Assembly (NCBI GenBank): GCA_965370295.1 | Contig: CBDUSO010000006.1 | Location: 846-64,845, forward strand | Source of the DNA: an uncultured bacterium | GTDB lineage: Bacteria; Caldisericota; Caldisericia; JAAYUI01 | Length of the DNA stretch: 64,000 nt | Direction: 5' to 3' | Shown here: positions 1-11,002 of the stretch, piece by piece | How the letters are laid out: each line of letters opens with the position of its first letter | How positions within the stretch are numbered: position 1 is the stretch's first letter | Notes under the pieces: model-generated | Database searches by the model: none | What the model saw: only the letters and a program-made list of their open reading frames with translations | Told to the model about the DNA's origin: nothing | Made by a program: the position numbers and the translations under genes

Positions 1-165
1 ATGAGTCTTGCGATCTCTTTGTCATCCTCGACAACAAGTAGTTTTTTAGTTTGTTTATTTTCTGCCATTTCGATAACTAATTTATAATGTAGACAGGACT
101 CTGTCAAGACCCTATAATGAATATAAAGATGATTGCCTTGACATAGGTAAATAACAACCAATCAT

Positions 166-726
166 ATGGCAGAAATGCCCAAAGGAGGTATTACAGTGAG
201 AATACAGATTACAGGTCGTGGAGTAACCATGCAAGATGATGTTGTTGACTACGCAGAAACAAAGATAGGGAGGCTGGATAAATACTTTTCTGGCATCCAA
301 TCCGCTCAGATTATCTTTTCCAGTCAAAAAGCATTTCGTACTTGCGAGGTAACAATTCATGCCTCTGGGAAAATTATTCGTGCCGAACATAAGGGTTCTG
401 AATTCAAGGAGTCAGTCGACATCGTTGCTGAAAAACTTGAACGTCAGGTTAGACGCTACAAAGAAAAGTTTCAAACCAGGAAAAAAGCGAATCACGATGT
501 TATCGATGAACCCGTCTATGTGGAAGAGGAAGAATTTGAAACACCCAAGATCGTTCGGGTCAAAGAAGTACCAGTCAAGCAGATGCTGTATGATGAAGCA
601 ATCGTTCAAATGGAATTATTGTCTCATGATTTTTTTGTTTTTTACAACGTTGAGTCTGGAAGAGTAAATGTTCTCTACAGAAGAAAAGATGGAGATTACG
701 GCATTTTGGAGCCTGTCAGGGCATGA
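166..726 (+). CDS. hpf: Ribosome hibernation promoting factor (long HPF/RaiA family)
   Basis: 186-aa ORF. The N-terminal S30AE-type fold signature is present (QITGRGVT...IGRLDKYF...AQIIFS...CEVTIHASG), followed by a C-terminal extension typical of long HPF. The true start may be the Met at about 175. Confidence 0.8.
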   Translation: MAEMPKGGITVRIQITGRGVTMQDDVVDYAETKIGRLDKYFSGIQSAQIIFSSQKAFRTCEVTIHASGKIIRAEHKGSEFKESVDIVAEKLERQVRRYKEKFQTRKKANHDVIDEPVYVEEEEFETPKIVRVKEVPVKQMLYDEAIVQMELLSHDFFVFYNVESGRVNVLYRRKDGDYGILEPVRA

Positions 727-1214
727 AGAAGTTCAACCTCTGGGATGCATTAATAATCGTTCTCATCGTTTTTATTTCCACAATGTTCTATATGAATTTC
801 AGAGTAAGAGCCGGATTACCCTCTGAGAGTTTGATAAGGATAGAGGGTAAAGCAGGAAACCTTGAGAAAGAAATAGCTCGTTCAGTTGAGGTTGGCGATA
901 TTATTATGGACAAAAATGGAACACCTTTCTTTAGAATCGAGAGTGTTCTCGTTAGACCATCAAGACAGGCGATCCCAAATTGGGATAACGAAGTTATCTC
1001 GGTTGACAGCCCGGAGCTTGAAACAATCGAATTCAGTGCAGTCTCTGTCAACCCAAAAATGAAGGCAAACAACCTTTATTACAATTGGCAACTGATGAAC
1101 CCTGGAATGAAACTGTATATTGAAACTGAACGAACTGGATTTTTCGCAATCATTCTCAAGATTGAACAGATAGAAAAAACAAATCCAATCAAAAACACGG
1201 TGGAGGAAAATTAG
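723..1214 (+). CDS. Hypothetical N-terminally membrane-anchored protein
   Basis: 163-aa ORF with one N-terminal hydrophobic helix. It overlaps the hpf stop (ATGA) and ends 3 nt before secA. No recognisable motif. Confidence 0.45.
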   Translation: MKKFNLWDALIIVLIVFISTMFYMNFRVRAGLPSESLIRIEGKAGNLEKEIARSVEVGDIIMDKNGTPFFRIESVLVRPSRQAIPNWDNEVISVDSPELETIEFSAVSVNPKMKANNLYYNWQLMNPGMKLYIETERTGFFAIILKIEQIEKTNPIKNTVEEN

Positions 1215-1216
1215 TA

Positions 1217-3787
1217 ATGGCATTATTTAAATCACTCTTCGATTCTTCTGAAAAATATCTGAAGAAAATACGCCCCATCATTAGCAAGATAAACAGCCTT
1301 GAACCTGAATTCGAGTCAATGAGTGATGATGAACTAAAATCACGAGCAGGTGAACTCAGGACACAGGTAGATAACGGTGAGAAGTTGGACAATCTTCTCA
1401 TCCCATCGTTTGCTCTCGTTCGTGAAAGTGCAAGAAGAACACTCAATCAGAGACCTTTTGACACCCAGCTTATCGGTGGAATGGCATTGCACCACAATAA
1501 AATTGCAGAGATGAAAACTGGTGAGGGTAAAACTTTGGCTGCAACTATGCCTGTTTTTCTGAATGCCTTAGAAGGTAAGGGCGTTCATGTCATCACCGTC
1601 AACGATTATCTCGCAACTCGTGATGCCGAGTGGATGGGAAAAATATATACTTTCCTTGGGCTGACAATCGGAAGCATTCAAAGCAATGCTCCGTATGAAG
1701 ACAGAAGAAACGCCTATCGTTCCGACATCACATACGGAACAAACAACGAATACGGATTCGATTATCTCAGAGACAACATGGCTCGTGATCCAAGCCAACT
1801 CGTTCAACGGGACCTTCATTATGCCATCGTTGACGAGGTTGACAGTATCCTCGTTGATGAAGCTCGAACACCACTCATCATCTCCGGTCCCGCTGAAAAA
1901 TCTACCCATCTTTACGCCGAAGCGGCAAAGGTTGTCAAGCAACTGAGAGAAGAGGACTACACTCTCGATGAAAAAAATAGAAATGTATCACTAACACCAG
2001 AGGGTGTTCAGCACGTTGAAAAAATTCTAAACGTAACAAACCTGTACGGGCAAGAGAATGTTGAACTGAACAGGCATGTCACCCAATCTCTTAAGGCTCA
2101 CAGACTCTTCAAAAATGACGTTGATTACATCATGAAGGATCATGAAATTGTAATCGTTGACGAGTTCACCGGCAGATTGATGTTTGGTAGAAGATACAGC
2201 GATGGCTTGCATCAGGCAATCGAAGCAAAGGAGGGTCTGGAGGTCAGACAGGAAAATCAGACACTTGCAACCATCACGTTCCAAAATTACTTCAGAATGT
2301 ACAAAAAACTTGCAGGGATGACGGGTACCGCCAAAACTGAAGAGAACGAGTTCAGAGAGATTTATGGACTTGAGGTCGTGGTTGTCCCCACAAATATGCC
2401 TCTTATAAGAAAAGATCGACCAGATGTTATCTGGAAAAATGAGAGAGCTAAATTCAAAAACATTATTCTTGAAGTAGAAGAGTGCTATAAGAAGGGTCAA
2501 CCAGTTCTCGTTGGTACGAGATCAATAGAAAAATCTGAAGATCTCTCAAAGAGTTTGAAGCGGAAGAATATCCCTCATGCAGTGCTAAATGCAAAATACC
2601 ATGAGCAGGAAGCCGGAATTATAGCAAAAGCCGGTGAATTAAATGCTGTAACAATCGCCACAAACATGGCTGGTCGTGGAGTTGACATTGCTCTTTCGGG
2701 CGGTGTCGTTGAACGTGGCGGTCTTCATATCATCGGCACCGAACGACATGATTCCAGACGAATCGACAACCAGCTCCGAGGTCGTTCCGGCAGACAGGGT
2801 GATCCTGGAGAAACCAGATTTCATCTTGCACTCGATGACGAACTGTTAAGAATTTTTGGTGGAGAGAAGCTCAAAGGTTTATTTGAGTTTCTAAAAATTG
2901 ACGAAGATACCCCGCTTGAACACCCCATGCTCACAAGAACCATTGAAAATTCTCAGAAAAAAGTTGAAGCAAGAAACTTTGACACAAGAAAATATGTCCT
3001 CGAATACGATGATGTCCTAAACCGTCAACGAGAGATTATCTACGCTCAGAGACAGCGAGTTCTTCACGGAGAAAACTTGCAAGATACCGTGATTGAAAAA
3101 ATTAACTCTGTTGCAGAAGACATTGTCAACAGACACGCTTCGACCGAAATAATTCCGGAAGAATGGGATCTGAAATCTCTCAGAGCTGAAGTGGTGGACC
3201 TTACAGCCGGTCGAGTGGCTGACATAAAGTTTACCGACAGAGAGACTTTGATTGTGAATCTTGTCGATACAATACTTGAAGAATACAAAAAACGAGAGGA
3301 AGAGATTGGTTCGGAGACTATGCGAAACATGGAGCGATACGTTCTGCTCTATGTTGTCGACGGCAAATGGAAGGATCATCTCTACAGCATGGACAACCTC
3401 CGTGAAGGAATTGGACTCCGAAGTTATGGACAAAGAAATCCAATTCAGGAATATCAAAATGAAGGGTTTGCAATCTTTAATGCAATGCTTGCCAGTATCT
3501 GGGAAGACACCGTAAAATACTTGTTCCGGTTCAAGCTTCAGCCAACTGGACAAAAAAACAATCAACAGACTCAAACAAACCAGGATCGCATCAAAGAATC
3601 CCCAAGAGCAAGAGAGATAAACCCTGAAAGAGAGCAAGTCTCAGGTCGTGCAGTTCCAAAACGCGGTGGCGGACACAACACAAACAAACAACCAATTAAA
3701 CGAAATTCTCCAAAGGTTGGTCGAAATGATCCCTGCCCCTGTGGCTCTGGAAAAAAGTACAAGCAATGTTGCGGAAAGAATAAGTAA
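1217..3787 (+). CDS. secA: Preprotein translocase ATPase SecA
   Basis: 856 aa with the DEAD-motor motifs ([37 protein letters not shown]). The C-terminal zinc-binding tail [14 protein letters not shown] is present. An SD-like GGTGGAGG lies upstream. Confidence 0.95.
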   Translation: MALFKSLFDSSEKYLKKIRPIISKINSLEPEFESMSDDELKSRAGELRTQVDNGEKLDNLLIPSFALVRESARRTLNQRPFDTQLIGGMALHHNKIAEMKTGEGKTLAATMPVFLNALEGKGVHVITVNDYLATRDAEWMGKIYTFLGLTIGSIQSNAPYEDRRNAYRSDITYGTNNEYGFDYLRDNMARDPSQLVQRDLHYAIVDEVDSILVDEARTPLIISGPAEKSTHLYAEAAKVVKQLREEDYTLDEKNRNVSLTPEGVQHVEKILNVTNLYGQENVELNRHVTQSLKAHRLFKNDVDYIMKDHEIVIVDEFTGRLMFGRRYSDGLHQAIEAKEGLEVRQENQTLATITFQNYFRMYKKLAGMTGTAKTEENEFREIYGLEVVVVPTNMPLIRKDRPDVIWKNERAKFKNIILEVEECYKKGQPVLVGTRSIEKSEDLSKSLKRKNIPHAVLNAKYHEQEAGIIAKAGELNAVTIATNMAGRGVDIALSGGVVERGGLHIIGTERHDSRRIDNQLRGRSGRQGDPGETRFHLALDDELLRIFGGEKLKGLFEFLKIDEDTPLEHPMLTRTIENSQKKVEARNFDTRKYVLEYDDVLNRQREIIYAQRQRVLHGENLQDTVIEKINSVAEDIVNRHASTEIIPEEWDLKSLRAEVVDLTAGRVADIKFTDRETLIVNLVDTILEEYKKREEEIGSETMRNMERYVLLYVVDGKWKDHLYSMDNLREGIGLRSYGQRNPIQEYQNEGFAIFNAMLASIWEDTVKYLFRFKLQPTGQKNNQQTQTNQDRIKESPRAREINPEREQVSGRAVPKRGGGHNTNKQPIKRNSPKVGRNDPCPCGSGKKYKQCCGKNK

Positions 3788-4857
3788 TGAAATATTTCAA
3801 AATAATCATCACTGCACTAGTTTGTGTCGGTTTCCTGATTTTTGCTTTCTTGATACGTGGTGGTATTTTTGCCGAAAAGATAAAGACTGAGATGCTGAGT
3901 TGTTCAATTCTTGAATACAGAAGTGGTGCTTCAATATACATCGCCGAGAAGAGCAACAACTCCAAGGTTTTGTTTGGAAAAATTGGTAAGGATGAAATTT
4001 TTGGTATCGGTGCTTTGACCCTGAAAGATGACAATTCCAAGTTTTCATCGGGATTCAATCTTTACTCCGAGAATGAATCCCTGTCACTTCCTCAGGTTGA
4101 AGATGTACTATCGATTAGCGTTGCCACAAACGAAAAATATTTGGCTATTATTTTCGTTGATGGGTCGGTAAAAATTATCGACTTGGCTTCAAATCAAACG
4201 ACATACAGTAGCACGGAGTTTGAATCAGTGAAAATTGATAACCCTCTTTTGGCAGAAACACTCAGCAATCCCCCGTATGTTTACTGGTGCAATGACAGTT
4301 TCATCTTCCCTTTGATGGTTCAAGAAAAGTTTCTATGGGGTACTAGCACCGTTAAAAAAACACAGCTGGTCGCAGTCAATCCTGCAGATGGTGAAATTTC
4401 TTTTTTTGCCGAAGAATCATTTGCAGATAGCATCGTAAGAATTCTTGGAGTCATCGACAAAAATCACATACTTGTACACTCAAAACCCGCAGATTTGAAC
4501 TCCACAAAACGGATGGAGCTACTTTCAGTTGAGGTGGATAGTGGGGATGCAACCTCGCTAATATCACCTGCACCAGACTTGATCGGGTACAACTCAAAAA
4601 CATCCACTCTTTATTACCAAGAAAAAAATGGTATAAAATCAATTACACTAAACTCAAAAAAGGTGTCTGAAAAAGTGCAAATTATTGCTCTACCAAAGAT
4701 TGATAAAAAAACGCTCAACATAAGCGATATTTCAGACATCAGACTAACATCCAGAGGATATTTATTTGCCAAATTAGCCGGTTTTGAAAAAGACATGATG
4801 ATGGAACCAAGGTCGGGCTATCACATACTTCTGGATAAGAAAAGGAAACCGTACTAG
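3787..4857 (+). CDS. Hypothetical membrane-anchored protein
   Basis: 356-aa ORF with an N-terminal TM helix (IIITALVCVGFLIFAFLI). Its start overlaps the secA stop (TAATG). No recognisable catalytic motif. Confidence 0.45.
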   Translation: MKYFKIIITALVCVGFLIFAFLIRGGIFAEKIKTEMLSCSILEYRSGASIYIAEKSNNSKVLFGKIGKDEIFGIGALTLKDDNSKFSSGFNLYSENESLSLPQVEDVLSISVATNEKYLAIIFVDGSVKIIDLASNQTTYSSTEFESVKIDNPLLAETLSNPPYVYWCNDSFIFPLMVQEKFLWGTSTVKKTQLVAVNPADGEISFFAEESFADSIVRILGVIDKNHILVHSKPADLNSTKRMELLSVEVDSGDATSLISPAPDLIGYNSKTSTLYYQEKNGIKSITLNSKKVSEKVQIIALPKIDKKTLNISDISDIRLTSRGYLFAKLAGFEKDMMMEPRSGYHILLDKKRKPY

Positions 4858-4859
4858 AT

Positions 4860-5967
4860 ATGCTCGATGAAGAATTAGTCAGACAACACAGCAAGGTCTG
4901 GATCCGATACGATCAGGCCAGGGGGTTTCTTTGACCACCTTGTCCCAAAAAGGGATGCACTTCAGTCCAGGCTTGAAAAACCAGAAATCTGGGGTGATCC
5001 CGAAAAAGCCGCAAAACTGAACAAGGAATTGACGTTCATCAAGGGACGACTTCGTGAGGTTGAGGATGTGAAAACAATTCTTGACGAGTCAGATGTTCTG
5101 CTTGAATTCTCCCGCGAGGAAGACGCTTCAATCTCTGACTTAAAAGAATCGATAGACGATGCCAATGAAAAATTGGAAGCGATCGAACTCAAAAACCTGA
5201 TGTCAGGAAAATATGACCAGGGAAACGTTTTCCTTTCTTTTTCAGCAGGAGCAGGCGGTGTGGATGCTCAGGATTGGACAGAGATGCTCATCCGGATGTA
5301 CACCCGCTGGGCAACAGAACATGGATTCAAAGTCACTGTAACCAATCGTTCAGTTGGCGATGAAGCTGGAATAAAATCCGCAACCCTCTACATTGAAGGT
5401 GACTATGCGTTTGGTTTTTTACAAAGTGAAAAAGGTGTTCACAGGCTGGTTAGAATTTCACCGTTTGACTCAAATCACAGAAGACACACCTCATTTTCAT
5501 ACGTTGAAGTTTTTCCAGAGATTGCACCGGCTGAACAGATAGTGATCGACCCCAAAGAACTCAGGATTGATGTTTTTAATGCCTCCGGTCATGGTGGTCA
5601 AAATGTTCAAAAGAATGCCACTGCAGTTCGTATAACCCACCTCCCGACAAAAACCGCAGTTGCCTGTCAAAACGAACGATCCCAGCTGATGAACAAAAAC
5701 TTGGCACTAAAAGAACTCCAGTCCAGACTTCAAAAACTTGAAGACAAAAAACAGGCAAAAAAAGAGAAGGATTTAAAAGGACCTCGTGTTTCTACCGAAT
5801 GGGGGAATCAGATTCGCTCGTATGTTTTACAACCATACACCATCGTAAAAGACAACCGCACATCAATTGAGATTGGAAATGCATCAAAAGTTCTTGAGGG
5901 TGATTTGGATGCTCTGATCTGGGGGTATCTTAAATGGAAAGCAAAAAGAGAAGCAGAAGCTTCATAG
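4860..5967 (+). CDS. prfB: Peptide chain release factor 2, expressed via programmed +1 ribosomal frameshift
   Basis: Frame 0 runs from ATG 4860 to an in-frame TGA at 4932-4934. That stop sits inside the canonical shift site AGG GGG TTT CTT TGA C (SD-like AGGGGG, then CUU UGA C). The +1 frame continues from 4933 into the long ORF carrying the GGQ motif (SGHGGQNVQK) and SPFDSNHRRHTSF. Confidence 0.85.
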
Positions 5968-7793
5968 TTGGAACCGCAGGGCATGTTGACCATGGCAAAT
6001 CTGAACTTGTTCAGCAGATAACCAATGTCAACCCGGACAGACTCCCCGAAGAAAAACAGAGGAAGATGACAATTGTTCTTGGGTTTGCTCCTCTTGATCT
6101 TCCATCTGGTCGAAGATGTGGCGTAGTTGACGTTCCGGGACATGAAAAACTTGTAAAAAAAATGCTCGTTGGTGCTGTTGGGTTTGATTTAGTACTGTTT
6201 GTTGTCGCATGTGATGAAGGACCACAAAGGCAGTCTTACGAACATCTTGATATTCTCAATTTCCTGGGGATAAAAAACGGAATTATTGTCCTCAATAAAT
6301 CAGACCTGCCTCATGACAAAGAAAAACTCATGGCTAATATTCAGAAACTCATCAAGGACACAACCCTTGAAAATGCTCCAATCATAAAAGTCAGCTCGAT
6401 TACTGGCGATGGAATTCCAAAACTTCTTGAAATAATCGATGAGACTCTGAACAACTCAACACCAAGATCAATCGATATGCCAGTATTCATGCCAATTGAC
6501 AGAAAGTTTAACGTCAAAGGAATAGGACTTATCGTTGGTGGCACCCTCTGGCAGGGAGCATTAAAAATTGGAGATACTGTTGAGGTTTTTCCCTCTGGGA
6601 AAACTTTCAAGGTAAAAAATCTTGAGAGCTTTGAAGAGGCTCTTGGGATTGCAACCGCTGGAAATAGATACGCAGTCCGACTTCAAGGAGCAGAAAAAGA
6701 AGATATTGAAACTGGACACATTCTTCTGTCGCCAAATAGATTCAACAATTTTTCAGTGTTTGATGCCAAAATTCAACTCACGGGCAAGCTGAAAAAGTAC
6801 ACTAGATTAAAAATCCATATGGACACAATCGAACAAGAGGTCGATATAATTAGGATTGGAACTGATTACATTAGAGTTCATCTTGAATCACCACTTCCAC
6901 TTACCAGAGGGACAAAGTTTATCCTCAGAAAAATTGCACCAAACGACACAATTGGTGGCGGTATCGTGATTGAAGCCGATCCAAAATACAGACCAAATCA
7001 CGAAGACACCCTGAAACGTTTGGAGTCAATCTCTCAGATGACAGATGAAGAATTTATCTTTGATACAATCACAAGAAATGGCAACCAACTCACCCTAATA
7101 AAAGATTTACGCCCAAAAATAAACTGTGCAAACTCACATTTTACCACCATCATAAACCAGGAAAGCTTTGTAAAACTCAATGAATTTATTATCCTCAAAA
7201 AAAATCTGGACAATCTGGTAAACATTTTTAGAGCAAAAATCATTAGCTACTTCCAGGAAAATAAAGATACTGCAGTAATCTTAGCATCTGATGCAAAAAA
7301 AAGAATACTACCAGACATCGAGACAACCTTATTTACACGTGTTCTGAATGATTCCATAAGAGAGCCCCTAAAAATTGAAGGATCAAACATAATTGATAAC
7401 TCAAAAAAAGAGCAACGCTCACCCCTTGAGGATAAACTTGAAAAAATGTTCACACTGGAATTATTCTCACCACCGAAGTTTGTACAAATTCGTAGAGCAA
7501 AGGTGTTTGATAATCAATTGCGTCAATTGGATCAGGCAATCGCAAAGTTTATTACAAACAAAATAATCATAAAGGCAACCAGTGAGTTGTATTTTCACAA
7601 ATCTGCAATAACCAAAGGATTTGCGATTATGAAAAGTATTATTGAAAAAAATAAAGTTGCAAAATTGTCAGACTTCAGGGATACGGCTGGAACATCGAGA
7701 AAATATGCCCAAGCCTTGCTTGAGTTGCTCGATGCTCTTGGTTACACGAGGAGACAAGGTGATGTTAGAATCTTAGGTCCAAGGAAACCATGA
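5934..7793 (+). CDS. selB: Selenocysteine-specific translation elongation factor SelB
   Basis: 619 aa. The N-terminus matches SelB G-domain motifs ([44 protein letters not shown]). A long C-terminal winged-helix-type extension follows. The 5' end overlaps prfB by 34 nt. Confidence 0.8.
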   Translation: MESKKRSRSFIVGTAGHVDHGKSELVQQITNVNPDRLPEEKQRKMTIVLGFAPLDLPSGRRCGVVDVPGHEKLVKKMLVGAVGFDLVLFVVACDEGPQRQSYEHLDILNFLGIKNGIIVLNKSDLPHDKEKLMANIQKLIKDTTLENAPIIKVSSITGDGIPKLLEIIDETLNNSTPRSIDMPVFMPIDRKFNVKGIGLIVGGTLWQGALKIGDTVEVFPSGKTFKVKNLESFEEALGIATAGNRYAVRLQGAEKEDIETGHILLSPNRFNNFSVFDAKIQLTGKLKKYTRLKIHMDTIEQEVDIIRIGTDYIRVHLESPLPLTRGTKFILRKIAPNDTIGGGIVIEADPKYRPNHEDTLKRLESISQMTDEEFIFDTITRNGNQLTLIKDLRPKINCANSHFTTIINQESFVKLNEFIILKKNLDNLVNIFRAKIISYFQENKDTAVILASDAKKRILPDIETTLFTRVLNDSIREPLKIEGSNIIDNSKKEQRSPLEDKLEKMFTLELFSPPKFVQIRRAKVFDNQLRQLDQAIAKFITNKIIIKATSELYFHKSAITKGFAIMKSIIEKNKVAKLSDFRDTAGTSRKYAQALLELLDALGYTRRQGDVRILGPRKP

Positions 7794-7837
7794 CCTTGCA
7801 AGAATACAGACTCAGTGATATATTACCGAAGAAAGAT

Positions 7838-7929
7838 GGGGGTGGTTGGGTCCTGGTGGGCCTCCTGGTCTTCAAAATCAGTGTGGGGCACATGTCCCGG
7901 GTAGGTTCGATTCCTATGCACCCCCGCCA
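7838..7929 (+). tRNA. selC: tRNA-Sec (selenocysteine tRNA, anticodon UCA)
   Basis: 92-nt gene ending GCACCCCC-G-CCA. The acceptor stem is 7-8 bp (GGGGGTG / CACCCCC). The anticodon loop is CTTCAAA with UCA, on a 5-bp stem. The variable arm is long, and the T-loop is GGTTCGATTCC. It lies 45 nt downstream of selB. The exact 5' end is uncertain by a few nt. Confidence 0.75.
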
Positions 7930-7952
7930 TTTTATATTTAAATCAATGGAGA

Positions 7953-8618
7953 ATGCCAATGAATCTTATTGTCATCGGTTGTGACAGGGTTGGGTCGATG
8001 CTTGCAACCTTGATGTCTGCAGACGGTCATAATGTTACGGTTGTTGATAAAAATCCCGAGTCATTCAAAAATCTGCCCATGGCATTCACCGGAACAAAGG
8101 TTGTCGGAGTTGAATTTGAATCAAGGGTTTTAAAAGAGGCCGGTGTTGAAAATTGTGATGCAGTGGCTGTTGTAACAGAATCAGACAACATCAACATAAT
8201 GGTTGCAGAAACTGTTAGAAATTTATTTGGAAACAAATGGGTTGTAACGAGATTATACGACCCAAGAAAGAAAAAAACCTACGAACGCTTGAACCTTCGT
8301 TCGGTATGCCCCACAACACTCGGTGCATACCAGATGTATGCAGAAATTTTATCATTCAAGCTTGGCTCAAAACTCCCCCTAAACAATGGTGATTTTGAAC
8401 TAATCGAACTGAAGCGAGAAAAATTAAATTTCACAGATACTCAAGGTGTTATAAAATTTGAAAAAAAATATGGCTCAAAAGTTGTGGGCATACGAACAAA
8501 ATCAAAACTCATATTCCCGTGGATTGAAGGCTTCCCAGAGGATATTCGTTCATGGATTGTGATGGCTCCAACCCTCAGGCTCCGAAAAATTGTTGATGCA
8601 TTTCACGGAGGTAAATAA
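7953..8618 (+). CDS. trkA: Potassium uptake protein TrkA, N-terminal-domain-only paralogue (NAD-binding)
   Basis: 221 aa with a Rossmann motif (LIVIGCDRVGSMLA) and TrkA-N-like sequence. Confidence 0.7.
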   Translation: MPMNLIVIGCDRVGSMLATLMSADGHNVTVVDKNPESFKNLPMAFTGTKVVGVEFESRVLKEAGVENCDAVAVVTESDNINIMVAETVRNLFGNKWVVTRLYDPRKKKTYERLNLRSVCPTTLGAYQMYAEILSFKLGSKLPLNNGDFELIELKREKLNFTDTQGVIKFEKKYGSKVVGIRTKSKLIFPWIEGFPEDIRSWIVMAPTLRLRKIVDAFHGGK

Positions 8619-9274
8619 TGTACATTGTAATCGTCGGTGGCGGCAAGGTTGGCTTGAATCTCACAAAACTTTTAGAGAAACAGAATCACGATATTGCAGT
8701 AATCGAACTCAAGCCTGAACATTGCAAAAAAATTGTTGATGAAACTAACGCACTTGCAATCCTTGGGGATGGCTCAGATATCAGATATCTTGAAGATGCG
8801 AACTGTGGAACTGCCGATGTCCTGGTCGCCGTAACTGGTCGAGACGAAGATAATCTTGTTGCCTGTCAACTTGCCAAGGCTGCCTTCTCGGTTCCAAAGG
8901 TGATTGCCCGAGTGAACAATCCCAGCAATTCTGAACTTTTTAAGGCTCTAAGTGTCGATGTTACCTTTGACAGCACTCAAATATTATCCAAATTGATTCA
9001 CGAAGGTTTGGGGCTCCAGGATTTGATCACTCTTGCACCAATTGCAAAGGGGAAATTACGGATTGTTGAAACTCGAATCTGCAACCCTGCACTTGTTGGG
9101 AAAAAACTCATCGAACTTGGGCTTGGTGAAAAGGGAATCCTTGTTGTGTCAATCATCCGTGGTGAAGAAGTAATAATTCCATACGGTGCAACCCAACTTG
9201 AAAAGGATGACCAGATAATCGTTGTCATCACAGAGGAAGCCGAAGAGGATTTCAAGAAGATAATTACGTGTTGA
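8618..9274 (+). CDS. trkA: Potassium uptake protein TrkA (TrkA-N + TrkA-C domains, half-size)
   Basis: 218 aa with a Rossmann motif (IVIVGGGKVGLNL) plus a C-terminal TrkA-C-like region. Its start overlaps the stop of the preceding trkA-like gene. Confidence 0.7.
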   Translation: MYIVIVGGGKVGLNLTKLLEKQNHDIAVIELKPEHCKKIVDETNALAILGDGSDIRYLEDANCGTADVLVAVTGRDEDNLVACQLAKAAFSVPKVIARVNNPSNSELFKALSVDVTFDSTQILSKLIHEGLGLQDLITLAPIAKGKLRIVETRICNPALVGKKLIELGLGEKGILVVSIIRGEEVIIPYGATQLEKDDQIIVVITEEAEEDFKKIITC

Positions 9275-9275
9275 T

Positions 9276-9491
9276 ATGAGCAATAAAAAAAACGATAACC
9301 GAATAAAAATGCCTCTTTGGTATCTGTCAAAACAAGTTTCAATCAACTGGTCCTCAAAAGCTGAAACACCTGACAGAAGACCTTTAAGCGAATCCGTGAG
9401 AGGATTGTTCGCTGAAATTTCCTGGGCAATTCTTTTGATTGTTGCTTTGATATCAATAGTTACAATTATCTGGTTGATATATCTGATATGA
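9276..9491 (+). CDS. Small hypothetical membrane protein (71 aa)
   Basis: ORF with a C-terminal TM helix (ISWAILLIVALISIVTIIWLIYLI). It is wedged between trkA and trkH with an ATGA overlap into trkH. It may not be a real gene. Confidence 0.25.
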   Translation: MSNKKNDNRIKMPLWYLSKQVSINWSSKAETPDRRPLSESVRGLFAEISWAILLIVALISIVTIIWLIYLI

Positions 9492-11002
9492 TAAGAAGAG
9501 TCACAAAACACGATTTTATTTTGGTATTCCATTATGTTGGAAGAATAATTTTTGGAATTGGTTTCATAATGATTGTTCCACTGGTTACAAGTTTGCTCAG
9601 CCATGAATTTTCCACTGCACTTGATTTTGTAATCGGTATTTCGGTTTGTTTCATTTTTGGTTTGCTTGTAACAAAATATTTCAAAACGACCAAATCACCA
9701 AGCCTGTTTCATGCAATGCTAATTACTGCAATAACCTGGCTGATTGCCTGTCTGTTTGGAGCTGTTCCTCATTATCTTTCTGGACATTTCGGCTCGTTCC
9801 TTGACGCATACTTTGACGTGATGTCAGGGTTTACAACAACTGGCTTGTCAATCATCAAGGACCTCGACCATGTCAGCAATGGCTTGAATATGTGGCGACA
9901 TATCCTGACGTATGTCGGTGGTCAGGGAATCATTGTTTTAGCTCTAACTTTCCTGGTAAAAGCCAGTGGTGGAGCATTCAAAATTATGGCAGGCGAAGGA
10001 AAGGATGAAGCTCTCGTTCCTTCCGTTAAACACACCGCACACATCATATGGAATATTTCACTTTGGATGCTTGTTATAGGTGCTTTATCTCTCTCCATCA
10101 TAGCGTGGATAGATGGATTCTCGTTTGCCCGAGGATTTCTTCATGGAACTTGGATGTTCATGTCTGCCTGGAGTACGGGCGGGTTTGCCCCGATGTCTCA
10201 AAATGCAATTTTTTACCATTCCTTCGCATTTGAGATTGGCAATGAAATATTAATGATTCTCGGTTCATTCAACTTTGTTCTTCACTACAGCATCTGGCGT
10301 GGTAAGATTGGTGAGCTTCGCAAGAATATTGAGATTAAATCATTTCTTGTCACCCTTACATTGTGTTTACTTCTTGTCACAATCGGACTTGCCGGTGCTG
10401 GAATATTCAATGGACTTGGTGCATTAATCAGAAGAGGATTGTTTGTCATGCTGTCCGCCCACACCGGGACCGGTCAAATGACAATCTATGCTGCACAGTT
10501 CAACCATTCATGGGCTCAAATGGCGATGATGGGTGTTTTCATCGCGATGATCATTGGTGGCTCGATGGCATCAACCGCCGGTGGACTGAAAAATATGCGA
10601 GTGGCTCTTCTGTTCAAAGGAATCTGGCACGAGATTAAAAGGCTCATCACCCCTGAGTCCGCCTACCTCACAACAAAATATCACCACATAAAAGATACAA
10701 GCGTCAATTCAGAGATGATCAAACAAACGGCTCTCATCGTAATATCCTTCTTTTTCCTGTTTCTGTTTGGAACAATTGTTGGATTATTCTTCAATTATTC
10801 TCTGGACAGGTCAGCATTTGAAGCCATCTCAGCCGGTGCAAATGTCGGGTTATCCAACGGAATCACATCATCTGCCATGCCCACTCTCTTGAAGGTGGTT
10901 TATATTTTCCTGATGTGGATTGGAAGACTAGAATTCATGGCGGTTTATGTGTTCTTTGGAGCAATCGGATTAATGATTTTTAGAAAGAAGCGAGCAAGAT
11001 GA
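9488..11002 (+). CDS. trkH: Trk-type K+ transporter membrane subunit TrkH
   Basis: 504 aa, polytopic. Repeated selectivity-filter-like motifs are present (SGFTTTGLS, STGGFAP, ANVGLSNG). Confidence 0.8.
   Translation: MIRRVTKHDFILVFHYVGRIIFGIGFIMIVPLVTSLLSHEFSTALDFVIGISVCFIFGLLVTKYFKTTKSPSLFHAMLITAITWLIACLFGAVPHYLSGHFGSFLDAYFDVMSGFTTTGLSIIKDLDHVSNGLNMWRHILTYVGGQGIIVLALTFLVKASGGAFKIMAGEGKDEALVPSVKHTAHIIWNISLWMLVIGALSLSIIAWIDGFSFARGFLHGTWMFMSAWSTGGFAPMSQNAIFYHSFAFEIGNEILMILGSFNFVLHYSIWRGKIGELRKNIEIKSFLVTLTLCLLLVTIGLAGAGIFNGLGALIRRGLFVMLSAHTGTGQMTIYAAQFNHSWAQMAMMGVFIAMIIGGSMASTAGGLKNMRVALLFKGIWHEIKRLITPESAYLTTKYHHIKDTSVNSEMIKQTALIVISFFFLFLFGTIVGLFFNYSLDRSAFEAISAGANVGLSNGITSSAMPTLLKVVYIFLMWIGRLEFMAVYVFFGAIGLMIFRKKRAR

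Noticed and set aside
1-165. Sigma-54 or sigma-70 promoter upstream of hpf
   Set aside because: Hexamer-like fragments are present (TTGACA...ATCATA), but the spacing and -10 quality were not convincing enough to call.
3017-3637. 206-aa minus-strand ORF inside secA
   Set aside because: It is antisense to secA, with no motifs.
5029-5967. TTG-initiated 312-aa ORF offered by the six-frame track as a stand-alone prfB
   Set aside because: The upstream 24 codons in frame 0 (from ATG 4860) end in the textbook RF2 frameshift site. The gene is better modelled as 4860..5967 with a +1 shift at CTT-TGA.
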